Of a DNA stretch of 64,000 bases, positions 12,985 through 26,600 are shown piece by piece. The stretch lies in contig CM052818.1 in the NCBI GenBank assembly GCA_028534125.1, positions 27,034,001 to 27,098,000 of the forward strand, written 5' to 3'. This DNA is from Lama glama. Lineage: Eukaryota. The position numbers and the translations under genes were made by a program. How positions within the stretch are numbered: position 1 is the first letter of the stretch; every line of letters begins with the position of its first letter. Below the pieces are notes generated by a model. The model worked only from the letters and a program-made list of their open reading frames with translations. It was not told the origin of the DNA and made no database searches.

Positions 12985-15900
12985 ATCTTTTTTTAACACC
13001 TTTATTGTGTGATCCCTGTATAGTAAACTACACATATTTCAGCTATACAATTTGATGAATTTTGATACATGTATGTACACCAATGAAACCACCACCACAA
13101 TCAAGATAGCTAACATTTCCATCACTCCCCAAGAGGTGCAAATTTCGACTTTCCCAATTTATCCATTCTAACCTCTGTTCCCCCTGCTAACCATAAGTTT
13201 GTTCTCTGTGTCTGTGAGTCTGTTCCTGTTTTGTAGGAACAGGCTTTGTAAGTTCTTTTGTGTCCTTTTTTTGGATTCCACATATAAGCGATATCATATG
13301 GTATATTTCTTTCTGGCTTACTTCACTTCGAATGACATTCTCCAGGTCCATCCATGTTGCCGCAAATGGCATTATTTTATTCTTTTTTATGGCTGAGTAG
13401 TATTCCATTGTGTGTGTCAGCTGTTGATGGACATTTAAGCTGTTTTGTATCTTATGTAAATAAAATGAGAAGTTTTTTTGGCGGGTCAGTTTGCTTTAAA
13501 CAGGATCATATATATCCTCTGCATCTTTTCTTATCCAACAATATATGGTGAAAATCCTTCCAAATCTATCTTTTAGCTCTTATTTCATTCTTTTTAATGC
13601 TAGATAATACCGTATGATGATGATTTATTAAACCTCTTCCATATTGATGGGTATTTACTTGTTGTCAGATTTTTACCATTAGGGTAATTGTGCCTGTGCA
13701 CGTATTCATGACCGTGATGATTTTACTTTTATGAAAGATTCCATGGAGTAGGATTGCTGGGTTGAGGGATATGTAGATTCTTAAAATTTTAATAAATGTT
13801 GACATATTGTTTCTCAAAAGGGCTGGGACAATTTATATTTCTATTTCCATCAGTAAATAAATAAAACTACTGTTACCCTTTATACTCACTAGTAATAACT
13901 GCAGTAGCATTTAAAAAAAGAAAGAAAGAAAAAAAGCCTGGTGGTAGGTATAGTGATTTCTCAGTGTTATTTGCATTTTCATTACTACTGTAAATCTGGG
14001 CAACTTTTCATATGTTCTTTGGTCATTTGGATTCACTCGTAATTAAATTACCTATTGTATTAGTTTTCTATTGCTGCATAACAAATTACCACAAGTTTAG
14101 CAGCTTTAAACAGCGCCCATTGATTATCTCATAGTTCTGTAGGTTAGAACTTCAAGCAGGCTTTGATTGTGCTCTCTGTTTAGTGCCCAGTAAGATGGAA
14201 ATGATGATGTGTGTCTGGGCTCTTAACTGAAGGCTCTGGGAAAGGTTTCACTTCCAGGCTCTTTCATGTTGGCGGAATTTGATTCCTTGGAATTGCAGGA
14301 TGGTTGTACGATGGATGTCTCTGTTCCCTTGCTGGCTGTCAGCCAGGGATTGTTCTCAGCTCTCAGAGGCTGCTCTGCAGGGTTTGCATGTGGTCCTCTC
14401 CATCTTCAAAGATAGCAAGCATTCATCAAATCCTCGTGCTTTGACTCTGTTTTTTGCTACCAGTCATAGAAGACTGCTTTTAAAGGGCTCATATGACTAG
14501 GTTAGGTCCACCCAGGTAATTTCTGTATGTTGAAGTCAACTGGTTAGTAACCTCAGTTCTACCTGCATAATCCCTTTGTTCTGTAAATGTAACATTATCA
14601 TAGAAGCAACACCAGAGGCAAAGATCATGGGGGCCATCTTAGAATTCTGCCTACCATAAATATTCATATTTTTTTAATACCTTTACATCCATTTTTATTT
14701 TTATTCATATTTTTGATCATGTTTCTATTGTGTTTGTCTTTTATTTAACTAGTGTGTAGGAGCTTTTTGTATATTATATATATTAAGCCTTTCTATTCTT
14801 GGTTGCAAACATTTTTTTTAACTCTTACTAGCTGTTGATTAACCACATTAATAAGTACTTTTTCCGTAGAAAAGTTAGCCATTTGGATTTCACCCTTAAG
14901 GTGAATTGCATATTTGTATTTTAAATTCACTTTAAATTTTTTAAATTTTTATTTTCATTTTATTTTTGATTTTTATTAACATTTGCCCATATTTATGCTG
15001 TCTTTTTAAAAAAATTATACGTGCTCTTTGTATATTACATATAAATTCTTTCTCTTATTTGCAAACTTTCTCCAGATCTGCGGTCTATTGACCATATTTA
15101 TAATACCTTTTCCACTCAAAACTTTATATTAATATATATCCAATATATTATATTTTTTTTTAAGTATAGACATTTCATGAATATATAAACATTTCAAAGT
15201 ATTCTGTATTGTTTAAAATCTTCACCCCTGAGTGGCATATATAGTCTCCCAGAATGGCTTCTGCATTATTTTTGGTTTTTGTTGTTAGTAATTTTTTTAC
15301 ATTTGTCTTTACTCCTTTTGGAATTTGTTTCTGTATAGAATGCAAGCTATGGATCCAACTTCACTTTCTACCAAGTGGGTTGCCAATTGTTCCACCACCC
15401 TTTATTGAGGAAACTCTCTTTTCCCAATGACTTGAAACACAAACTTTGTCGTGTATGAAGTTTTCTTAGATGAGATTTGTTTCTGAATGTGGTAGTCTGT
15501 TTCACTTCTGGTTCTCTTTACCTATGGCAGTATTATATGGGTTCAATTACAGTGGCTTTATAAAATGATCAGGTAGAGCATTTTCCCACCCCACACTCTA
15601 TCTACTGTTCTTTTTACTATTTTTCTTGGCCATTCTTAGGCATTTGAAGTTTGTGATCATTTTTTCCAATTAGGGGTTGAAATTGCCTTAAATTTACAGA
15701 TGAATTTTGGGAAATTTGACATGATATTGTCTTCTAAGAGAAGAAAATGGTATCATTTTCAGTTTGCTCACCTCTCTTTTCTGTATCTTTAGTAGGAGAG
15801 TTTTTTGTTTTGTTTTGTTTTTAATTTAAATCTTTGGTCATTACTGTGAATGGGTTTTTTTTTTCCATTTCCATTTCTAAAGGCTTATTATAAATAAAAA

Positions 15901-16530
15901 GCCTGTTTTTTCTGTGTACTTACATACAGCAAATTTATTATATATACTTACTAAATTTTCTCATTAATTTCAGCAGTTTTCACTAGAATCTCCTGGGATT
16001 TTTAGAAATATGATGACACTCAAAAATAATTCAATTTGTTTTTTGCAGTGTTTGTCAGATTCTTTTCTAGAATCTTTATTGTCTAGAAACTCCATCATAG
16101 TGTTGGGTGATAATGATAATAGCAGGCATCTCTGTTACTGATTTTGGTTGAAATAGTTTGGTTATTTAGAATATTTGTATGGCTGTTTAGTAAATAGTCT
16201 TTATCTTATTAAAATACATTCCTTACTGTTTTACCAAAAGATTTTATTAGGAATAGCTGCTGAATTTTATCAATTGCCTTTTCAGCATCTTTTGATGTAG
16301 TCATGTGTTACTTTCTTTTAATCTGTTGATTAATAGCTGGATTATGCATGGAGTTGCTGGCATTAAACTACTCTTGTCTCCTTGTAATAAAGCCTACTTA
16401 ATCATAATGTGTTATTCCTTTCTTACAAATCAATATTCTAGTTGCTAATCTTTTAATTAGAACTGTAGCATGAATATTCATAAGTGAGATTAGTCTGTAG
16501 GTTTCTTTAGTAGATTATTTTATTAGGTAT
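12985..16530 (-). mobile_element. Composite of degraded antisense L1 fragments, interrupted by an MLT1 LTR
   Basis: ORF 13187-13408(-) MEYYSAIKKNKIMPFAATWMDLE is the L1 ORF2 C-terminus; T-rich L1-like text elsewhere (gagtaggattgctgggt, ttttcagcatct). Confidence 0.75.
14056..14658. mobile_element. MLT1 (ERVL-MaLR) solo LTR
   Basis: Begins tgtattagttttctattgctgcataacaaattaccaca and ends gggggccatcttagaattctgcctaccata. Confidence 0.85.
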
Positions 16531-16534
16531 AAAA

Positions 16535-17192
16535 ATTAAGCAGATTGGCAAAACATGGGAGTATTCAGAAGGTTCACCCACTGCTGGTGAGGATGCAAAT
16601 TTATTCAACTACATTGAAAAACCATTTGGCAGACTTTACTAAAGTGAAAGTATTCATACCATGGAATGTAGTAATTCTGCTTTTAGGCATACGCCCAATA
16701 AAATGCATACATATGTTCACCAGAAGATACGTTTTAGAATGTTTATAGCAACACTATTAGTAAAAGCCTCAAGCCTGAAACTACCTAAAAGTTCATCAAC
16801 TGTAGAACAGATAAATACAATTTTGTCCATTGATACAGTATACAATGAGAACAGTTTATAATTATGTGCCAGATATGGATGAATCTCAGAAACATGATCA
16901 GCCTGAAAAGCCAGTTATAAAAGAATACTGCATACTTTCCTTCATATAAAGTACAAAATCAGGCGCAACTAATCTGTGCTGTTAGAAGTCAGGAAAGTGG
17001 TTATCCTCATTGGGAGGTAGGTAAGAGATGAGACGGTGTCTGAAAGGAAGTCACGGGAACTTCTGGAGTGCTGGTGATGTTTTGTTTCTTTATCTGGATG
17101 CCTGGTTACGTTGGACTGTTCAGTTAATGAAAATTCATCTAACACACACATGTACACTTTTCTGTTTGTATATATACTTCAATAAAAAGTTT
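16535..17192 (+). mobile_element. Old L1M 3' region
   Basis: cactgctggtgaggatgcaaat...atatggatgaatctca...tatacttcaataaaaag; the ORFs here resemble a degraded ORF2 C-terminus. Confidence 0.8.
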
Positions 17193-18314
17193 TTAGAATA
17201 ATACTTGTTTCATAAAATGAATTGGATTTTCATCCTTTCCTATAGTTTAGAATTATTTAAAAGATAATTGAAATCACCTGTTAAAGATTAGATGGAACTT
17301 GGCTGAGAAATCTTTTGGTCTGAAGCCTTCTTTATTGTGTAGGACTGTCTCATGCATTTTAGTCTGCCTCCCTGGCTCATGGGAATATGAAAAAAAAATA
17401 TATATATATATATATAAAATTTATTGCTCACCCCTACTTCCTTTATTATCCTCTAGATTAAAGTCTCTGTTCTAATTAGTATCTTGTTTGGGTTAGTATT
17501 TTCCTTTGGTGGGGTAATATAATCTCTGAATATCTGGTAAACCATAATTCTTTTTTCATCCTACTAGGTGAGTGAGATCTTGGCTGGGTATAGTATTTTG
17601 GGATTATAGATCTGTTTGTCCAGTGGCCTAAAAAACGTATTCTAGGTTTTTAGTGTTGCAGTTGAGACGTTTGATGCTACTCAGGATCTTTTTGCTTTGT
17701 ATGCCACTTGCTCTTTTCATCTGGAAGTAATTAAAAAAAAGTCTTCTGGTTAAGGAATTAATTTTGATCTATGATTTGAGATATTTTTTCACTTTCAGGC
17801 CACTAAGTCACATCTCACACATGACCTCTCTCCTTTCCTTTTGTTTTTTAAGTTTCAGGAAATCTTTTGTGTGTAATTGAATCTGCTTACGTGGACCTAA
17901 TTATTTTTTCAAGTTGTCGGTCACATCCACAGCCCTATTTCATTGAAAACTTTTTCTGATTATACTATTGTCCGTCCTCCCCCCGCCCCCCACATCTCTG
18001 ATAATTTGGCTCCCTGTATATACTATTGTCTTTGTTCGTAGAGCTCAGCTGCTTGGAATTATGGTGTGTTCCAAAAGTTGTGGAAGACATGGCAATCTCT
18101 GCTCTGAGGTTTTTGGGAAGCAGATGGGTTGTCAGTGTAATGGCATAAAAGGAAGGCTGTCTGTGTTTCGTTTCCCCATAACTCTTCCTGCTGCAAAGAC
18201 ATAGAGAGAACTTGAACTATCTCTTAGCTTCTTTTCAGCTCCTTGGGGACTGGGATGATCAGTTATTCTCAAGCTGGTCAATGTTGCTTGCCATGTGAAT
18301 TAGAAATTATGAAG

Positions 18315-18318
<4 letters not shown>

Positions 18319-18364
<46 letters not shown>

Positions 18365-18393
18365 CACATACACATACATACATACACACATAC
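18319..18393 (+). repeat. (TA)n then (TACA)n microsatellite
   Basis: Directly visible. Confidence 0.95.
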
Positions 18394-18919
18394 ATGGCTT
18401 GGTTTTTAATCAAGCAGAAGTTACAACAAGATGATAGCCTGCTCACTGTTAAGCTTTGTGATTATAAATGGTGAACAGTTAAAACAAAAGAAGTGTTCAT
18501 TTTCCATACTGAATTCCCCACGGCAAGTTGAAGGATGAGGAATAGAAAATTAAGGTGGATCAAGAATTTTCTCAGAATCTCTTCTGAAGATTCTTGAATC
18601 TGTAACTAAGGAGGTATATTACTCTGCTTCTCCATTTCCCTTACCCTTAGAAAGTGAAGACACCAATTCTTTCTTACCTTCTCCTTGAATCTCATCACTT
18701 TACCTAAACCTCTCTTGTTTCCATGTCATTTGGAAGAGTTTGCACAATAGTTTGGTTCCTGATACTGTAGTCACTGGACAATTTCCCAAGAAACTTTGCC
18801 AAGAATTTAAAAACACTTCTTAAGTACAAACATGTAAAATAAATGGCAAAGAATAATCTGGGATGGGTCATGGATATTAGCTACTTGCCTATTTTATTCC
18901 AAGTGTGTTTGGTCATTGT

Positions 18920-19470
18920 TACTGGACCATTTGTTTTCAATGTTCAGACGAAGTGCAGCCCTGCCAGTTTACTTTCTGTTTCTCATGTCTGAGAAAACCA
19001 AATAAATAATGACATAAAAATTAGGAGTTATTCCTCCCCTACAATAAGAAGTCCAGAGTAAGGAAGTTACTTGCATTTACCTGTTTGAAATATCAAGAAA
19101 GACCCCAGGCTCTTTTTATTTCTCTTCTGCCATCCTTAGGGTATTGGATTTTCATCTATTGTTTGGATTCAAGATGGCTCCCATGGTAACAATCATGTTA
19201 TCCAAGTTCAAGGCAAGAAGAAGGTAAAAAAGGGGAAGGGCAGTACTAATGAGGACTTTTCTCCTTTTGACAGTAAAGGAAATCTTCCCAGAGGCCCTCC
19301 CTCCAACAGACTTCCCCCCATACCTGGTTGGCGAGAACATTGCCTTCCTCCATTTAATGCATGTTGAGAAAGTGGGTATCTCACTTTTTCAGCTTTGGTA
19401 GTAGGAGATGGCAAGGAAGAAGTCAATTTCAAATGGCTTTCGGGTTAGATAACAAAACTCTTCTGCCACA
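18920..19470. mobile_element. Old MLT1-type LTR
   Basis: ttcaagatggctcc...aaatcttcccagaggccc...cagacttccc, ending tctgccaca. Confidence 0.6.
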
Positions 19471-20067
19471 ACTACCCCATTAGAAGGGAATCTCCTTTGT
19501 CACTCATTTCTATTTTGCATTTTCCCTTATCTTTCCTCTCACCCTGATTATGAAAGGTAATATATGTAATTTGTAGACATTGAGTCCTAATATCCTGACT
19601 CTTAAAAACAGTGCCTCGAATCACCTCCCAAATGAGACATTTGCTTCCTCCGTAGGATATCACAATCATTATGATCTTGTTTGTCCATTCCCTGCTTCAG
19701 ATTTACTCACTCTCTGAAGAATGATCAAACATCAAAGCCTGGTAAGTAGGCTTCCTTTCACACAAATCCTGAAGAAATCTATTATCTTGAGTTTGTTCCT
19801 AAGGTGGTGGTTTAAGTTTGGTGCATGACTCTTGCATTCTTTCTACCCCGAGAGGATTATCTTTTACACCTTAGAAGAGGTTGTTGGTCTGTTTTCCTGA
19901 AGATGCTGAGAAACCATAAAAAAATGCCATAAAAAATAAACATTGTTAGGCATAAATACTTGGAGCCAGCCAACTAAAAACAAAACAAAACAAAACCCCC
20001 AAAATTCATACCCTTTTTATATAAAAAATGTACTTCCTTTGCTTTTTAGAATTAAAGACCAAATTAT

Positions 20068-23000
20068 GTTTCTGGCCAAGATGGAGTAACAAAGATCAGA
20101 TTTACCTCTCCCCTTTAAACAACTTTTAAACATAAAGAAGAAAAAAAAAAAACCCAAGTTTTCAGATACTGAACAATAGCCAGAACAAGAAATAATCCCT
20201 GAGAGAGAGGAAAACAAATTGTTGCCCCAGCTTCCTGCCTTGAGTGTCCATCATTCAGTACTGGGATGTGCAACCCAGGCAGAGCCTAGATGTTTCTGTG
20301 AGTTGAAAAGGCAGAGTTGGGAGTTTGGCAAGTCCAAGGCAGCTAGAGTTTGCAAGGCAAAATACTACAGGAGAGCTCTGGAGATCTCAACTGGGCCTTC
20401 CTCAAGTCTTCAGTTGAGTATTGATAAGGATAAGCATGTGAGAAACCTTTCAGAAGCTGAGGAAGAGTGACCCAAAAGATAAAAGCCCCTGATGTTATAT
20501 CCCCTGATGTTACATAGGGTTGGAATAATCCCCTGAAGTTATGTAGAGTTGGAATAGCTCATGTTTCCACTGGGCATACTGGAAGTATATCATAAAATTT
20601 GAGGCATTAGGTAGAGGACTTACAAGGGGATGGCTGCCTCATTACTGTGGAAAAAACTCAGCCCTGGGCTAAAGGTTGCTTTGGTTCTGCTTTCAAGTTT
20701 AAAAGTAAGACCTGAAAGGATCAAATTATTTTCAAGTGACTATGACCCAGAACAAAGCTTATATATATACACACATACACACATACATATATGTATATAA
20801 ATAAATTTATATTTGAATATACATTTGTATAATTATTTAAATACACGAGAATATCTAGCACTCAATAAGGTAAAATTCATAATGTTTGGAACCCAATTAT
20901 CAGTATGCAAAGTAACACGAAAACAACCCAAAATGAGGAGTCAAATTTAGTAAACTAAAAATCACCCAGAATTAAAACATGATAGAATTAGTAAACAATG
21001 ACGATTAAATGTTACAACTATCCTGATATGCCAGAAGGCAATGAAACAACATCTTTAAAGTACCAAAAAGAAAAAAATCTGTCAACTTGAAATTCTGTAC
21101 CCAGTAAAATTATATTTCAAAAATAAAGACATGCAAGAGCCAAAAATATTCATGACTAGCATATATTAAAGCAAGTCTCTTGGCAGAAAGAAATTAATCC
21201 CAGATGATAAGAGAAAAAAATTACTTTTTAAATCACTGTAAGTGATAATTGACAGTTTAAAACAACAAAAAATAATATACAGAGGGTTGTAAAATGTGGA
21301 AGTAAAATATATGAGAACAATAACACAAAGACTGAAAGAGGTTAAATAGAAGTAAACTGCTATAAGGTTTTTACAATGTATGTGAAGCAGTATATTATCT
21401 GAAGACAAACTGTGATAAATTATAGGTGTATACTATTGAACCTAAAGCAACCACTTAAAAAAAAGTATAGCTAATAAACCAACAAAGGAGACAAAAGAGA
21501 ATAATAATAAATGTCCAATTAATCCAAAAGAAGACAGAAAACTGAAAAGGGGAACAAAGAACAAATGTGACACATAGAAAACAAACACCAAGATGGTGGA
21601 TTTAATTCCAACCATAGAAGTAGTCACATTAAATGTAAATGGTCTAAACACCATGATTAAAAGGCAAGATTGACAGTTTAGGTACAAATAATGAGACCTT
21701 GCCTTCACTGAATGTGCATACAAGAAGCCCACTTTAAATAAAAAGACTCATATAGGTTAAAAGTAAAATGATAAAATTGACACAACATTGTAAACTGACT
21801 GTACTTCAATAAAAACAGAAAACAACAACAACAAAAAGTCAAAGGATAAAAAAATATACACCATACCAAAAGAAAGCTTTGGCTGTATCAGACAGAATAG
21901 ATTTCAGGGAAGAGAATATTACCAGGGCTAGAGAGTTTCATTTCATAATGATTAAGAGATCAGTTCATCAAGAGAACACAACTCCTAAAAGTTTATACAC
22001 CTAATAACAGAGCTTCAAAATAAATGGTGCAAAAACTAACAGAATGAAGGGGAAAATAGACAAATCTACAATTATGGTTGGTGATTTCAACACCTCTCTC
22101 AATAATTGATAGAACAAGGGGGCAGAAAGTTAGTATATAGAAGACTTGAGTAACACTACCAGTCGCCTTGACCTAGTTGACATTTATAGAACATTCCACC
22201 CAACAACAGCAGAACATACTTTTCCCCCCCAAATGCCAAGAACATTTACAAAGATAGACCATACTCTGGACCATAAAACAAGTCTAATAAATGTTAAAGG
22301 ATTCAAATCATACAAAATATGTTCATGGGCTACAGTGAAATTAAATTAGAAACCAGTAAAAGAAAGATGTCTGGAAAATCCCCAACTATTTAGGAACTGA
22401 ATAACACACTTCTAAATAACCAACGGGTCAGAGGAAACTTAAAAAGGAAAATTAACAAGCATTTAGACTGGCGAGGATGTGGAGCAACAGGAACATTCAT
22501 TCATTTGCTGGTGGGAATGTGAATGGTACAGCCACTTTGGAAGAAAGTTTGGCAGTTCCTTACAAAACTAAATATATTCTTAGCATATGACCCAGCAATC
22601 ATGGTCCATGGCATTTACCCAACTGAGTTGAAAGCTTTTAATCACACAAAAGCCTGCACAAGGATGTTTATAGAAGCTTTATTCCTAATTGCAGAGACTT
22701 GGAAGCAACCAAGATATCTTTCAGTAGGTAAATGAATTAATAAACTGTGGTACATCCAGACAATGGAATATTATTCAGTGCTAAAAAGAAATGAGCTGTC
22801 GAGCCATGAAAAAACATGGTGGAAACTTAAATTTGTATTTCTAAGTAAAAGAAGTCAATCTGAAAAGGCTATATACTGTATGATTCCAACTGTATGACAT
22901 TCTAAAAACTATAGAGACAGTAAAAAGATCAGTGGTTTCCAGGGACTAGGGTGGAGGAAGGGATGAATAGGGAGCACTGACGATTTTTAGGGCAGTGAAA

Positions 23001-23605
23001 CTATATGTATGATACTATAATAGTGGATATATGTCATTATGCATTTGTTGAAACCCACAGGATGTACAACACCAAAGGTGAACCCTAATGTAAGCTATGA
23101 GCTTTGAGTAATAATGAAGTGTCAGTGTAGGCTCATCTATTGTAATAAATGTACCACTCTGGTTGGCGATGTTGATGGTGGGGGAGGCTGTGTGTGTGTG
23201 AGGCCAGGAGTTAAATAGGAAATCTCCATACTTCCGGTTCCATTTTGTTGTGAACCTAAAACTGCTCTAAAAAGTAAGGTCTATTTTAAAATGTTGAGGT
23301 GGGGGGAAAGATTTTGAACTGAATGAAAATGAAAACATACCAAAATTTGTGGGATGCAACTGAAGAGTGCTGAGAGGGAAATGTGTATAGTGCTAAACTC
23401 CTATGTGGAAAAAGAAGCAGCTGTCAGTTTGATGATCTCAGCTTTCACATCAAGAAACTAGACAAAGAAGGGTTAGGTAAACCCAAAGCAAGCAGAACCA
23501 AGGGAATGATAAAAATAAGAGCAGAAATCAACATAATGTAAAACAGAAAAACAAGAGAAAACCAATGAAAACATTGGCTGGTGTTTTTTGAGAAGATGAA
23601 TAAAA
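20068..23605 (+). mobile_element. Degraded L1 (5' region and ORF2 endonuclease part) with nested insertions
   Basis: ggccaagatggag start; acattaaatgtaaatggtctaaac (ORF2 N-terminus); ORF 22146-22349 LDLVDIYRTFHPTTAEHTF...TFTKIDHTLDHKTSL; ORF2-like text resumes at about 23310. Confidence 0.85.
22470..23292 (+). mobile_element. Nested L1MC-like 3' fragment
   Basis: gcgaggatgtggagcaacaggaac...tgtgaacctaaaactgctctaaaaagtaaggtctatttt; ORF 22523 MVQPLWKKVWQFLTKLNI is L1 ORF2 C-terminal. Confidence 0.85.
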
Positions 23606-26600
23606 GGAAAGCTATTCTGGCGGGTTATCCAGACAAACTCCTGCCCAAGTAGGTGAAGGAGAGGACTTGCAACACTGCCTCGCACTCAGGAAGAATGATA
23701 AGAGAGGTCTTTGGGGAATGAGAAATACCTATTTTCCTATGTGCTGTTAGTTATCAGTTTCCAGAATCAAGTAAGACCCAATGTGTTCTTCAGTGAGGGA
23801 AAAAACACAGGACTTCTTTGTTCTTCTGGGAAGTTGTTCATACCTTGTCATTTGAGGAGTTTGCATATATACTGTATTTGAAAGTTCTAAAACAATATTT
23901 CTTTATGTAATTCTATATGCCTAGCTTCACACTTCAGACATCCTTCTTTCATCTTCACTCCCTATTATTCAAAATTTATCAATTTGAATCTGCTTCAGAG
24001 CTTCACTTTAATTTGTTCTAAATAACCAATGGGTCAAAGGAAAATTAAAAAGTATTTAGACTGACAAGAATGGCTTTTTAGCTTATTGGCTTTCTGTTTT
24101 CTTCTGTGAGGAGCAAACCTTAAGTGATTGTTGTTTTCCCCAAAATATTGCATAATTTTGTGATTTACTTAAGTCTTTTTTTTCTGAGAAAAACTTGTGT
24201 TTGAAGCTGCAATTTATCAGATGTGTGACTCTGGGACCAGTAACATCCCTGAGTCTCGGTTTTTCCCTCTAAAAATAGAGGGATAGTGCCTTCACATCTA
24301 TTATCCCAATTAAGTCCCTCAAAGATGGTGCCAGGCGCATGAAAGCCCCTCCAGAAGGCCAGTTTCTCCACTCCCTTCCTCCTCACTCCCACCCCTGCAC
24401 ACCTCGGGCAGCTGTGAGCAGCACTTGGCCTGCAGGGAGAAACTTCACTGTGGAGAATTCTGGAACTGGTAACCAAAAGCAACACATTACAAAGACCTCT
24501 TGTTTTAGAAACCTTCATAATCTGAATGTTTCCAGGTGATTTATTTAGAAACCTCCTTAGAAAAGGAGTCAAACTAAAGTAAAACTAATTTTCTCCATTC
24601 CTCATTTTTTCCAGAAAATAGATTTACTTAAGGGAATTTACAGGCAATGCCATAGTCAGGAGGAAAAGTTAAGAAAGCTCCCTTTTAGTTCCCCAAGTGT
24701 GCTTTATTGAGACACAGCCTTGCTCCTAAAACTGTGGAGAGGGGTAAGTACCAATAGTGAGAGTGGACACTGATCCGTCCCTCTCCCATGACACATCGTG
24801 AATCAATTTTAGTATCGCTTCCTGTAAGGGCCTCAGTCTCAAGACTTTCTGCCTACGGTTCTTCAGACAGTCACTCCTACCTGATCTGCCCAGGCAACAC
24901 CTATGCCCTGTCCCTGCGCAAAGGCTGCTGGGGCACCACTCCGGCTGTGGTGAAGGCAGTGCAATTGCAAACATTCATAGACCAGAAAAGGGGACTTTTT
25001 TTTGTAAGAAAAAGTTCTCCGGTCACTGGCAGGTCATTTGCAGCTGGGGCAGGTAACTGGGGTGGGACTTGGCATTGCAGCAGATGTGCAGGATCAGGGG
25101 CATCCAGAAATGTCATGGGGGAGAGTGTTGCGGTAGGGAGGAAGGCAGCTGCCGTCAAGTGGCCAGGCAGTCCCTGTGCAGCAGGGGTCACTGTCATAGC
25201 CAGGCAGGCTGCCACTTTGCAGTAGCTTTGTCTGGTAAGGACAGACACAACGGACCCAAGTGGATTCAAACAGTTTACTTCATAGTCAGCTTCCTTGTCC
25301 TAAGGGCAACACCAAAATAAAAGGGGCTGGATGACAGGCAACATGAGTGGTGGGGCACCGATTCTAAAGGGCAGTGAATTCCCTTTATAGGCTGCAGGTA
25401 TTCCCTGTGGAGGGGCAGATGGAAAGTCCTAGGCTGAAAAGAATGTTTTGTGAACGCCTCCTATGAGATGGAGAAGTGGACAAAGTGGCCTGTGACAGCA
25501 CCTTACAAACTGCCCACCTTGCCATGCTCCTGGGATGATCTGAGGATGTTCCAGCAAGCCCTGCCCATGTAGCCCTCGTCGGGGTGTGTAACGTTGCCAG
25601 GGTGCCACGGCAGAGCCACTTACCTGCAGCAGCCACCGTTATGTTCCCATGGAAGGAAGCAGATATGAGAAAAAATTTCACTGTAGAGTTGGAGGGTGTG
25701 CCTGACAGTCCTGAACCGGCTTTCACCCAAGGGAATTATCCTGAGACACAGAGTTTGATCAGAGAAAATTTCTTAGAGCCACTTGTTTCTAAAATGCTTG
25801 GTTTTTGTAAATGTTCAGAGTCCCTTGAAAGTCAAGACAGTTCATTAACCAAATACCTTCTCTTTAAAATAAGAAGGCTGAGGGAGGTTCCGCACTGGGA
25901 CTCCTTCCTTTTCACCCCTCAGCTGCCCAGGGCATACCTGCTATCTGCCACTTACTCTGTGTTTAACAGCCTGTCAGCAAGTGGACTAACGTTGTCTGAG
26001 CTGGTGAGTAACTCGTAGGTAATGATCAGGGAAATAGAGAAAAGGACATGGAAGACAAAAGGCACCTTAGAATGTCAGGTAACAGTTCAGTCTCCCAAGA
26101 CCTTGGATTTGATGCTGCAGAGTAGAAAATAGAGTTTTGTGTGTTTTCAATGACATGGTGAATATAAGGTGCCAGCACCGTTCATGGAACATTGCGACTT
26201 CATAATCGATGTGTAGGATGGATTTACCCCCCTCACCAGAATTTCCCTAAGGCCTCCCCAGCCTGGGTACAGACGAGTCATATGAAGATGGTTGCTCAAT
26301 GGTGTCTTGTTCTCACTGGCATACTGTGGGACTGAGTATTTTGGTCGAGGGGGGTGGTCCATGAGGGATGCCCCAGATCTGCTCATGAACATGCCTTTGG
26401 CCCTGCCAGGACCATCTTGGCTGCTGCCACGTGGGCAACTTCCCACTGAGGCTGCCACGGCTCCACCGGTATTTTGTTTTGAGAGATCTTTGCTAACTGT
26501 CCAGGATTAGAGCGACTCCAGGATGAAAGTGTTGGTTTTCCATTTCAGGAGAATGCCCCCTCTCTGTAGGTAGAAGCAGGCATGTGGGTGTTCCAGGCCT

